Virus record (IMG/VR): IMGVR_UViG_3300013093_000017
Span: 124,001 to 188,000 of that record
Length of the DNA stretch: 64,000 bases
Reading direction: 5' to 3' (one strand)
Shown: positions 9,142-17,976 of the stretch, piece after piece
Layout of the letters: every line of letters begins with the position of its first letter
Position numbering within the stretch: position 1 is the stretch's first letter
Notes under the pieces: model-generated
Told to the model about the DNA's origin: nothing
The model's input: the letters and a program-made list of their open reading frames with translations, nothing else
Database searches by the model: none
Made by a program: the position numbers and the translations under genes

Positions 9142-9879
9142 ATGAAAGAAATCTTACAAGACATCGTATCACATACACACAACCTAGGCTTTTTGAGTAC
9201 TGTAAAGATTACAGGCGAAGCTGATTCGACTAAAATTGACTCGATGGCAGATGACCGTACAGTTATTATGTACGCAGAAACTGCCACACCCTACGCAGAT
9301 ATGGTAGGTGTATTTGGTATGCCACAATTAGGCAAATTGAAATACCTATTAGATGGTGCTGAATACAAAGAAAATGCAAAAATTGAAGTGGTTACAGCAG
9401 ATCGTAATGGCGAAACTGTTCCAACAGGACTACATTTTGAAAACACAGATGGTAGCTTTAAGAATGATTATCGCTTTATGAACACAGAAATTATTAACGA
9501 AAAACTCAAGACTGTTAAATTCCGTGGTGCTAATTGGGATGTCGAAGTTAATCCTAGCCTACAGGCTATACAACGGTTTAGTTTCCAAGCAGGTGCTAAT
9601 AACGAGCATACAACATTCCTTGCTAAAACAGATGATCAAGGTAATTTAAAGTTTATCTTCGGTGACCAATCAACTCACGGTGGTGAATTTGTTTTTGCAA
9701 CAGGTGTAAAAGGCAAATTAACCAAAGGCTTTACTTGGCCAGTTAATGCTATCTTAAGTATTTTGAAAATTGCAGACGTAAACAACTGTACATTAAGTAT
9801 CAGTGACGCCGGAGCATTACAGATCACAATGGATAGTGGTATTGCTACTTACAAATACATTATTCCAGCACAAGCATAA
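9142..9879 (+). CDS. Probable DNA polymerase sliding clamp (gp45-like)
   Basis: 245 aa, alternating beta/alpha pattern ending YIIPAQ, downstream of the polymerase, whose C-terminus FSSLFDFE resembles a clamp-binding peptide. Confidence 0.6.
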   Translation: MKEILQDIVSHTHNLGFLSTVKITGEADSTKIDSMADDRTVIMYAETATPYADMVGVFGMPQLGKLKYLLDGAEYKENAKIEVVTADRNGETVPTGLHFENTDGSFKNDYRFMNTEIINEKLKTVKFRGANWDVEVNPSLQAIQRFSFQAGANNEHTTFLAKTDDQGNLKFIFGDQSTHGGEFVFATGVKGKLTKGFTWPVNAILSILKIADVNNCTLSISDAGALQITMDSGIATYKYIIPAQA

Positions 9880-10238
9880 TGATTAAGAATATCGTACAAG
9901 CAAGCTCATTCGTAACTGTCAGTAGTTATATGCCTCAGGTATATGGATCAGGCAATATGAGTGGGCAGATGCGATATAATACCAATTCACAATCTGTTGA
10001 AGTATATGACGGAAATAATTGGATTAGTATTAGTCAACAAGCATCAGTTGGATTGAGCTACGAAGCAGAAGAAGCAATGCGCTGGGCCATTAACAAAAAA
10101 CGCGAAGAAGCAGAGATTAAAGAACTAGCAGAGAAACATAAAGCTGTGGCTGCTGCATTAGAAAACCTAAATAAAGCACAAGAACAATTAAAGATAGTAG
10201 CACACTTATCGAAGGATACAGATGAAACAACAAGTTAA
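9879..10238 (+). CDS. Hypothetical protein
   Basis: GQMRYN...VEVYDGNNW motif plus coiled coil; translationally coupled. Confidence 0.6.
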   Translation: MIKNIVQASSFVTVSSYMPQVYGSGNMSGQMRYNTNSQSVEVYDGNNWISISQQASVGLSYEAEEAMRWAINKKREEAEIKELAEKHKAVAAALENLNKAQEQLKIVAHLSKDTDETTS

Positions 10239-11853
10239 CCTAACCCCATTACAGAAAGACTACGCAGTATATCTACCAGCGATTAGTTCATTCTATAGTA
10301 CCTATATCGCCAAACAACGATTAGAGAAATTTATTTCAGATGACCGTATTCCAGCAGGGTTTGATCGCGGTATTGAAGGTATGAATTTCTTAAATCCAGA
10401 AGAAGGATACTTTACCTACAAGTACGGTCTATATTCAGCAGGTCACGCACAGTTAGATTTGCAAAAATCAATTACACAAGAGTCAATGATTCAACAACGT
10501 GATCGTGCCAACACAATGATCTTAGGTGACTCAGGTGGTTACCAAATTGGTAAGGGCGTTCTTAAGTTTGATTGGTTAAATTTTGATGGTCCGGCTGCTA
10601 ACAAAACACGACAAAGCATCTTAGAGTGGTTAGAAATGACTGCTGATTGGTCAATGATGTTAGACGTTCCGACATGGGCATGTGATCGTATCCATAGTCC
10701 AAAGACAGGATTGAAATCTTTTGAAGACTGTTTAGAAAAAACTAGATTTAATAATGACTATTTCTTAAAAAATCGTTTAGGTCATACCAAATGGTTGAAT
10801 GTATTACAAGGTGGTGATTGGGATACTGCGGAGAAATGGTACAACGGTGTTAAAGAATATAGTGATCCAAATGGTCCTTATGCGGGCAGTGAAGCAGAAG
10901 GTTGGGCATTTGGTGGTGCTAATATGTGTAAGATGGACATCACACTTAAACGTCTAATGACTATGCGTGAAGATGGTCTACTAAAAGGTAAGAATTGGAT
11001 TCACTTCTTGGGTACAGCACAATTAGATTGGGCCTGTTACTTAACCAGCATCCAAAGACAAATAAGGAAACATATCAATGAAGAACTTACAATATCGTTT
11101 GATTGCGCATCACCATTCATTGCAACTGCGCACGGGCTTGTCTACACTAATGCACAACATACCCCAAAACGTTGGAGTGTCATTATGGACAAGGCGCCTG
11201 ATAATAAAGCACTTTCAGGTAGCGATATCCCTTTTCCGTTCGAAAGCGAGTTTGGAAGACGGTTAACCATGAAAGATATTGCCTACTATGACCTAGGTGT
11301 GCCAAAAACACAGGAAGAATTAGGCAAGGATGTTAAATTTAATCACTTAAATCCTGAACATTATACAGTAGTTCCAAAACTTAATAAGTTAGGTAAGATT
11401 CCTAACAAAACAAGTTGGGATAGTTTTGCCTATGCATTAATGATGGGACATAATGTTTACTGTCATATTGTTGCTGTACAACGTGCTAATCAATTAGCTG
11501 ACATCGAATCAACGAGATTTAAACCAGATTGGCGTCATTGGAAGAAATTAAACGCAAAAGATTCAGGTGGTGATCAGTTTAGTGATTGGGTTCCTCGTAA
11601 TATATTGTACTTCAATCAATTCATTAAAGAATTGTTTAACACCCAGACTAAAGAAGAAGCGTTTGAGATGATTCAACAGGCTCGTCCATTCTTAACAAGT
11701 TTAGAAGGTGCAAGGCTACAAGGTGGACCTGCTCAAAATACATTTACTAATTTATTTGATGTTGAAGAAATAACTACAGCAGAAGAAGTAGACTTAGAAA
11801 ATCCAGACGATGACGAACTACGTGCATTAGAACAAGGACTAAATGATGAATAG
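10222..11853 (+). CDS. Divergent TGT/DpdA-like transglycosylase (predicted DNA 7-deazaguanine insertion enzyme)
   Basis: TGT-fold motifs in order: GDSGGYQ, MMLDVP, VLQGG, WAFGG, IHFLG, SFDCAS and GHN; neighbours folE and queE. Confidence 0.75.
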   Translation: MKQQVNLTPLQKDYAVYLPAISSFYSTYIAKQRLEKFISDDRIPAGFDRGIEGMNFLNPEEGYFTYKYGLYSAGHAQLDLQKSITQESMIQQRDRANTMILGDSGGYQIGKGVLKFDWLNFDGPAANKTRQSILEWLEMTADWSMMLDVPTWACDRIHSPKTGLKSFEDCLEKTRFNNDYFLKNRLGHTKWLNVLQGGDWDTAEKWYNGVKEYSDPNGPYAGSEAEGWAFGGANMCKMDITLKRLMTMREDGLLKGKNWIHFLGTAQLDWACYLTSIQRQIRKHINEELTISFDCASPFIATAHGLVYTNAQHTPKRWSVIMDKAPDNKALSGSDIPFPFESEFGRRLTMKDIAYYDLGVPKTQEELGKDVKFNHLNPEHYTVVPKLNKLGKIPNKTSWDSFAYALMMGHNVYCHIVAVQRANQLADIESTRFKPDWRHWKKLNAKDSGGDQFSDWVPRNILYFNQFIKELFNTQTKEEAFEMIQQARPFLTSLEGARLQGGPAQNTFTNLFDVEEITTAEEVDLENPDDDELRALEQGLNDE

Positions 11854-12004
11854 ATTAAATGAATTAATTCAAAGACAAACTGAGTTAGAAGAACAAATTC
11901 GTACAGGTAAGAGTAAGTACTTAGATGATGCTAACTGCGGCAAAGCTGAACAAGAATTAATGATTGTTACTCGTTTAATAGAAGATATCAAAAATGCAGC
12001 GTGA
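11843..12004 (+). CDS. Small coiled-coil hypothetical protein (53 aa, not in ORF track)
   Basis: AAGGA RBS, then MMNRLNELIQRQTELEEQIRTG...IKNAA*; fills the gap between its neighbours. Confidence 0.55.
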   Translation: MMNRLNELIQRQTELEEQIRTGKSKYLDDANCGKAEQELMIVTRLIEDIKNAA

Positions 12005-12539
12005 TTATAATACAGGTGTAGCAGATTCAGTAATATTCTTTATCGGTGACGAGATTGAACAAACTCCTGCATACGGATTACGAACATTATTTGTTGTAGG
12101 TGTTCACGAGTCCAATGACATTCTAAAATTATTAAACACAAAACTTGCCCACAGCAACATTCAACATATCTATTTTGGGGCTAATCAGAGCTTTCCTAAT
12201 CCGGACATAAACAATGCGATTGTTTGGAAAGAATGGGAAGATATGATTATCGCCTGTCTAGAAGCAGGTTATTGGTGTACTCTAGATTTAGATGTACGCT
12301 GTGCTGAAGGATTAGTAGAAGGTCCATTGGTAGAAAATCGTAGATTTATTCCACAGTTAAGTGTAAAGATTCCATACTTGACACAGTTGGGATATAATGC
12401 TACAATTAAATTAGACGACAAAGGATTTGAGGCAAGTAATCCCGGCGTCTGGTGTCATACATTACATTCATTAACTACTAGAGATTCATTCACAAGTTGG
12501 GATGAATACGGTAAAGACGAGATAATTAAACGTGATTAA
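11994..12539 (+). CDS. Uncharacterised protein in the DNA-modification cluster
   Basis: 181-aa ORF overlapping both neighbours, with enzyme-like motifs (HIYFGANQSF, IKLDD, NPGVWCH). Confidence 0.65.
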   Translation: MQRDYNTGVADSVIFFIGDEIEQTPAYGLRTLFVVGVHESNDILKLLNTKLAHSNIQHIYFGANQSFPNPDINNAIVWKEWEDMIIACLEAGYWCTLDLDVRCAEGLVEGPLVENRRFIPQLSVKIPYLTQLGYNATIKLDDKGFEASNPGVWCHTLHSLTTRDSFTSWDEYGKDEIIKRD

Positions 12540-12921
12540 TAAACGAATTTGGGTAACCTTTCAAAAAGAAGGCATTCATTGCTATCCTGCGGCAGCAACT
12601 GACCCTAACCTTAATACTGGAGATGCATATGATGTATCGTTTCTTGCTAGTCCTCACCGCCACATTTTTCATTTCAGGGTGTCAATCAGTGTGTTCCATA
12701 ACGACAGGGACATCGAATTCATCCAGTTCAAACGGTGGCTTGAAACCATGTATGTGGGTAGCGGTGCCACTTTAGAACTAAATTATAAGAGCTGTGAGAT
12801 GATCGCAGATGATCTTTACAAAGAGATCGCTCAAAAGTATCCTAATCGTGATGTTTGGATAGAAGTATCCGAAGATGGCGAGAATGGGTGTTATCATGAG
12901 TACATTAGTACTCGTTCGTAA
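12532..12921 (+). CDS. QueD/PTPS-like T-fold protein with LxxxHRHxF motif (DpdL-like candidate)
   Basis: EGIH...LASPHRHIF...SCEMIA...VSED; the canonical QueD CxxxHGH motif is replaced. Confidence 0.7.
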   Translation: MINKRIWVTFQKEGIHCYPAAATDPNLNTGDAYDVSFLASPHRHIFHFRVSISVFHNDRDIEFIQFKRWLETMYVGSGATLELNYKSCEMIADDLYKEIAQKYPNRDVWIEVSEDGENGCYHEYISTRS

Positions 12922-12947
12922 ACTGTCACAATCTAAGGAGATTTACC

Positions 12948-13187
12948 GTGGCTAATCCAAAATGGCTAAACAAATATCTAACAATAAAGCCAGAAGTACA
13001 TAAGATCTATGATGATCTTGATGCGTGGTTAAACTATTGCAGGTTTAACTTAACCAAGTTTGATCCAGCGGATCTATACAAGTCACCAGCTTGTAAAGAA
13101 TGGCTAGAAAAACGCCGTCGTCGTCAGCAATGGCAACAACGTAATGGTCAGACCAGCAATGGTTATCAAGGTAAGAATCCACGCTAG
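12948..13187 (+). CDS. Hypothetical protein
   Basis: AAGGAG RBS and GTG start. Confidence 0.6.
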   Translation: MANPKWLNKYLTIKPEVHKIYDDLDAWLNYCRFNLTKFDPADLYKSPACKEWLEKRRRRQQWQQRNGQTSNGYQGKNPR

Positions 13188-14011
13188 GAACTGTGAGTAT
13201 ATTGTTCCATTAGTTGAGATAGGGTAATATGGCATTTAGTATTTTTGATAGAATTATCTAAATGCCACAACATACGCAGATTTGTCCAATGCCCTATAAC
13301 CTCAGGAGAGATTCCTTGTTTGAATCCTTCCTCTACAGAAAATATATGATCTAAATGGTATTTGTATCTTGCTCGTGGTAAGTTACTAGGGTTGATTTTA
13401 TAATAATGGGTATGGTAAGATTTAGCAGTAATCTTCTTTACAGCAAGTCTATAAAGTTCTAATTCGCTACGATGCTCGTCACTTACCCAATCACCTGTAG
13501 AAATACGAGATTTTCTAATTTTAGCAGTTACATCTTTTGATTTAGAAGGATTATCTACTCCGTATTTTTCTATACAGGTTTCCTTGTGTTTGTTTTTTAC
13601 CTGTTCAGATTTGAATGGGTTGTCTACTCCATATTTTTCTATACAGGTATTTTTTACTGTATTCCTAAATTCAGTAGATTGAGAGGCAAACTCTGTTCCG
13701 TATTTTGCCAAACAAGCGGCTTTGTATTTTTTCAAGAATGCTGGATTACGATTCCTGCAAGAAGAAGAGCAGTTTTGGGTATACCCGCTCCGGAGTCCGG
13801 TAAATCTTAAAGGGTTAACACGGCATACTGGACATAATATCGGAATGACAGATCCTTCTAAATATAATTCGTGAAATGCTTTTTGAAACAACGGCCATTC
13901 TGAAGGATATTCTGTTAAACAAGTTCCAATATAGTTCTTGATTATAGGTCGTAAATCTGTTATTTTATTTGGATAAGTTTCTATTAACTTTTTTATTTCA
14001 TTTTTAGTCAT
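13184..14011 (-). mobile_element. Free-standing HNH-type endonuclease with KYGxxN repeats
   Basis: CPVC...CSSSC; three KYG(V/T)xx repeats; YHLDHIFS...NLRML...N HNH-like core; antisense to the operon; TATAAATA on the - strand at 14046-14053. Confidence 0.75.
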
Positions 14012-14016
14012 AATAC

Positions 14017-14045
14017 TTGACTCTCAATAATAAGTAGTATATACT
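14017..14045 (+). promoter_or_regulatory. sigma70 promoter for the glycosyltransferase operon
   Basis: TTGACT-N17-TATACT; GGAGG RBS before ATG 14078. Confidence 0.65.
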
Positions 14046-14077
14046 TATTTATACATTATGGCACGGAGGCTTACTTA

Positions 14078-15184
14078 ATGAAACCTACAATTTGGATTTT
14101 CTCGCTTGAGCCAATTGAAACCAGATATACAGCACAATGGCATAAACATATTCCAAAACTACTCAAGAACAACTTAGGAGATAAGTTTAATATAGTTCAG
14201 GTTGATGGTATCCAGAAAGACAGCCAACTTACTCCGGGTGCTTTCTTAAACTTTTCAGATACTAACTATTGGAAAAGTTCGCAATTATGTAATTTTTTAG
14301 AGCATCATAATAGAGGAGAAACTTCCACCGACGATCACATCCTTTTTACCGACGCTTGGAATCCTACGGTTATCCAACTCAAATATATGAAGGATCTGTT
14401 AGGCTTTAACTGGACCTTACACGGTATGTTCCACGCGGGGTCATATGATCCTCAGGACTTCTTGGGTAGATTAATTGGTCCTGCGGCTTGGGTTAGAAAT
14501 GCTGAGAAGAGCTTCTTTGCAGCCATCGATCACAACTACTTTGCAACTAGATTCCATATAGATATGTTTGTTGACAATCTACTAGAAAATGGAGTACCGC
14601 GTGAGAATCCGTGGGCTGATGAAGATAAAGCAAGTTTGCTTATGAACTATAAGATTGTACGTAGTGGTTGGCCTATGGAATATATGGAACATACCTTAGA
14701 TATCTATAAAGGTATGCCCAAGCGCGATCTTATCTTATTTCCTCATCGTATCGCTCCTGAGAAACAGGTTGAGATATTTAGAGATCTAGCACAGGCATTA
14801 CCGCAGTTCGAATGGGTTATTTGTCAAGAACAACAATTAACAAAGAACGAATATCACAATCTATTAGGTGAAGCTAAGATGGTGTTTAGTGCTAACCTAC
14901 AAGAAACATTGGGCATTAGTATGTACGAAGGTGCATTACTAGATGCTATCCCAATGGTTCCAGACAGATTGAGCTACAGTGAAATGTTTGCTAATGTTTG
15001 GAAATACCCAAGTGAGTGGACAGAATCATGGGACAGCTATCTTACCCATAGAAAAGAACTATGTGAGCTGATCGTTGATTATATGGAAAATTATAACGAG
15101 TATGTTAAATTTATTAAGCAACAGGCATATAGTTTAACCAAAGAGTTTTTCAATGCTGGACAATTATTAGAGAGATTAAAATGA
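14078..15184 (+). CDS. GT-B fold glycosyltransferase (GT4-like)
   Basis: FPHRIAPEK and the ETLGISMYEG (E-x7-E) signature. Confidence 0.8.
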   Translation: MKPTIWIFSLEPIETRYTAQWHKHIPKLLKNNLGDKFNIVQVDGIQKDSQLTPGAFLNFSDTNYWKSSQLCNFLEHHNRGETSTDDHILFTDAWNPTVIQLKYMKDLLGFNWTLHGMFHAGSYDPQDFLGRLIGPAAWVRNAEKSFFAAIDHNYFATRFHIDMFVDNLLENGVPRENPWADEDKASLLMNYKIVRSGWPMEYMEHTLDIYKGMPKRDLILFPHRIAPEKQVEIFRDLAQALPQFEWVICQEQQLTKNEYHNLLGEAKMVFSANLQETLGISMYEGALLDAIPMVPDRLSYSEMFANVWKYPSEWTESWDSYLTHRKELCELIVDYMENYNEYVKFIKQQAYSLTKEFFNAGQLLERLK

Positions 15185-15951
15185 AGATTGGAATTATCGG
15201 ATTAGGATTCGTAGGTGGTGCTGTTAAGGCAGCGCACGATTTAGTAGGTATTGAAACAGTTGATGTAGATCCTCATAAGGGATTGCCAGCAACATTAGCT
15301 GATGCTAAAGCGTGTGATGCTATCTACATCTGCGTGCCTAGCCCTATTGGATCAGATGGTGCTTGCGATACCAGCATCTTAGAAAACGTTATGGAACAGC
15401 TAACAGATTACACTGGCCCTATCATTAGTAAGGTCACTGCGCCACCTAGCGTATATGTTCGCTTACAAGAAAGTCATAAGAATCTTATTCATGCTCCAGA
15501 ATTCTTAGTTGCGGCAACTGCTAACGAAGATTACATCAACGGTACTTATGCCATTATCGGTGGATATGAACCTTATGCTACTCAGGCAGAAGCGGCTATC
15601 TTGGCAGCGCAACGCCGAGTAACTAACATTACTAAGATCGGAATAGGCGAGGCAGCATTAACAAAATATGCTATCAATACATTCTTATCTACAAAAGTTA
15701 TCTTTATGAATGAGCTAAAGGCACTTGCTGACGCTGCTGGAATTGATTACAATGTAGTTAAAGATACTATTCAGTTTGATTCACGTCAGGGTAATAGTCA
15801 TTTTGATGTACCTGGTCCAGATGGTAAGTTTGGATTCGGTGGTGCTTGCTTTCCAAAAGATACTTCGGCATTATTAAAATACGCTGAAGGATTAGGAGTT
15901 GAGTTAAGTGTATTAGCAAGTGCTGTGGCGAAAAATAAAATCATTCGTTAG
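15181..15951 (+). CDS. ugd: UDP-glucose/GDP-mannose 6-dehydrogenase, short form lacking the C-terminal domain
   Basis: GIIGLGFVG, ICVPSP, PEFL, KYAINTF and GFGGACFPKD. Confidence 0.9.
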   Translation: MKIGIIGLGFVGGAVKAAHDLVGIETVDVDPHKGLPATLADAKACDAIYICVPSPIGSDGACDTSILENVMEQLTDYTGPIISKVTAPPSVYVRLQESHKNLIHAPEFLVAATANEDYINGTYAIIGGYEPYATQAEAAILAAQRRVTNITKIGIGEAALTKYAINTFLSTKVIFMNELKALADAAGIDYNVVKDTIQFDSRQGNSHFDVPGPDGKFGFGGACFPKDTSALLKYAEGLGVELSVLASAVAKNKIIR

Positions 15952-15980
15952 TTGACAGAGCCTAAATAACCCTATATAAT
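15952..15980 (+). promoter_or_regulatory. Consensus sigma70 promoter with embedded late-type CTAAATA, upstream of folE
   Basis: TTGACA-N17-TATAAT exact; CCTAAATA at 15961-15968. Confidence 0.8.
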
Positions 15981-16024
15981 ATTATTAAACATGGCAATCC
16001 ATCTGCCTTATCATCGGAGATAAA

Positions 16025-16723
16025 ATGGTAGCAAAATACACACCAGTTAGCGAAACTATTCGCAACAACTTAAAGAAAGACAACAAACGTTTCTGGGCTG
16101 GAGATAACATCTCAGAATACATCACAGAAGAAAACAAAGCCCTATTAATTGACGAAGCAACTCTAGCATTTGAAGGTGTGCTTGATACATTGTTAATTGA
16201 TCGTGAAAACGATCCTAACAGTCATGGTACAGCTAGACGTTTAGCCAAAATGTACTTTAATGAGATCATGGCCGGACGTTATGAACCTAATCCAGATGCT
16301 ACAGCATTTCCAAATGACAGCGAAGATCGTTATGAAGGTATGCTAGTAGTTCGCAGTGAACTACGCAGTATGTGTAGTCATCATCACCAACCGGTGGCGG
16401 GGGTTGCGTATATTGGGATTATTGCCGCTCAAAAGCTCATTGGTTTGTCTAAGTACACTCGTATTGCTCAGTGGTGTTCTCGTCGTGGTACTCTACAAGA
16501 AGAACTATGTAATGACATTGCTAGAGAGATTATGAAAGCAACAGGTAGTGAGGATGTAGCAGTTTATATAGAAGCCGAACACGGATGTTGCGTTAATAGA
16601 GGCATAATGGCACATTCGAGCTTAACCCAAACAACTGTATTACATGGTGCGTTTAAGAATGACTCAAGTACCAAAAAAGAGTTCTTTGATAATATCAAAC
16701 TACAAGCAAGAAACGGCAAGTAA
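16025..16723 (+). CDS. folE: GTP cyclohydrolase I
   Basis: SMCSHH, GLSK, LQE, AEHGC and RG motifs. Confidence 0.95.
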   Translation: MVAKYTPVSETIRNNLKKDNKRFWAGDNISEYITEENKALLIDEATLAFEGVLDTLLIDRENDPNSHGTARRLAKMYFNEIMAGRYEPNPDATAFPNDSEDRYEGMLVVRSELRSMCSHHHQPVAGVAYIGIIAAQKLIGLSKYTRIAQWCSRRGTLQEELCNDIAREIMKATGSEDVAVYIEAEHGCCVNRGIMAHSSLTQTTVLHGAFKNDSSTKKEFFDNIKLQARNGK

Positions 16724-17368
16724 ACTAAATCCATTCTCTCTCCAAGTTTTAGAGGAATCGATATTTAGGTGATCAATTTTCTTGCTTGCCCTACCATTGG
16801 TCACAGGGTAAGCATCTAAATTATTATAGATAGTGTTTAATGTCCATTCGGGGATATTTAGAACTTTGTGTATTTCTTTCTTAGTTTTGAATATGCCGAC
16901 TGGAGTAATGAATTTGTCTTTCAAAACACGAGGCGGGATGAAGTCTTTGGCAGCTCTATTTGCTTTCCAAGAGTTTAATCGTTTTTCCTGTATTGTAGGA
17001 TTTTTCATAGGATTATTAATGAGCATACGCAGACGAACTTGCTCAATAAGTTTGGGGGTAGAAAAAATGTTTTCTTTTCCTCGTCGATATCTAGGGCCAT
17101 TAAACGCACTTGATTTATTGAAGAAGCCATAAGCGTGACGCATTTTAATTTCATCTTGGAAATTATCCTGCATTTTGATTAGAAGGCAATGACACACTCG
17201 ATGTTCTTTATAGGTTAAATCTACTAAATTAGTAGGATCGTTTGTTCCACCTAACGATTTAGGAATGATATGATGGCATTGATTAAATTTAGAAGATTTT
17301 GTTCTATTTTCATTTAATGCTCTTGTAATTATTCTATAATATGTTATACTATATTTGTTAGTAATCAT
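16700..17368 (-). mobile_element. Free-standing HNH homing endonuclease
   Basis: CHHIIPKSLGGTNDPTNLVDLTYKEHRVCH; GAGG RBS before ATG 17368; GATAAATA on the - strand at 17395-17402; overlaps the folE 3' end. Confidence 0.88.
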
Positions 17369-17429
17369 AATACGCCTCATAAATTCTATATTATTATTTA
17401 TCTGGTTGTTGCGAAAATAGAGGTATTAA

Positions 17430-17645
17430 ATGAACGAGAAGATTAAACAACTTGCTGAACAGGCTGATAATTTTGCTGATGATAAAATTCGGATGCCTGG
17501 AGAATATCACCCAGATTGGCATGATGTGCGAGATGAAAAGTTTGCCGAGTTGATTGTTAAGGAATGTAGTAATTTCTTGAAAGATACATTGGACGATCAT
17601 TTTGCGGCAGAACAGTTAGAAGAACATTTCGGAGTTGAAGAATGA
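17430..17645 (+). CDS. Small phage protein (MNEKIKQLAEQA...EKFAELIVKEC...EHFGVEE)
   Basis: GAGG RBS; ATG start; 71 aa. Confidence 0.7.
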   Translation: MNEKIKQLAEQADNFADDKIRMPGEYHPDWHDVRDEKFAELIVKECSNFLKDTLDDHFAAEQLEEHFGVEE

Positions 17646-17743
17646 ACACAACTGTTCTTAAGGGTGCATTTAAATCTGATCCAGATACTAAGAAAGAGTT
17701 CTTTGACAATATTAAACTTCAACAGGAATTTGCTCCAAGATGA
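17642..17743 (+). pseudogene. Displaced duplicate of the FolE C-terminus (33-aa ORF)
   Basis: MNTTVLKGAFKSDPDTKKEFFDNIKLQQEFAPR* versus FolE TTVLHGAFKNDSSTKKEFFDNIKLQ: 21 of 25 residues identical. Confidence 0.85.
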
Positions 17744-17976
17744 TAGGCGCTGACGTAGTATGGTTTGGTGTAGGATTAGTCTTTGGAATATTCTTTGGCC
17801 TTAACCTTTACAATGATCGCAAGGCTAGTGATAAACAAAAGGCCTACGAACAAATAGATGAGCAGGTACGTAAAGATCTTATTCGCTATAAGAACATGAG
17901 CGAAAGTTTGTTAGAAGATGTTAAATTTTGGCGTCATCGCGCTAATACATTAAGAGATATAAAGGAAAAGAAATGA
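17740..17976 (+). CDS. Small membrane-anchored protein
   Basis: Hydrophobic N-terminus VVWFGVGLVFGIFFGL followed by coiled coil. Confidence 0.6.
   Translation: MIGADVVWFGVGLVFGIFFGLNLYNDRKASDKQKAYEQIDEQVRKDLIRYKNMSESLLEDVKFWRHRANTLRDIKEKK

Noticed and set aside
16631-17647. Possible self-splicing intron in folE joining the upstream gene to the downstream C-terminus copy
   Set aside because: The upstream folE is already complete with a stop codon, the HNH is antisense, and no group I or II core or terminal features were seen.
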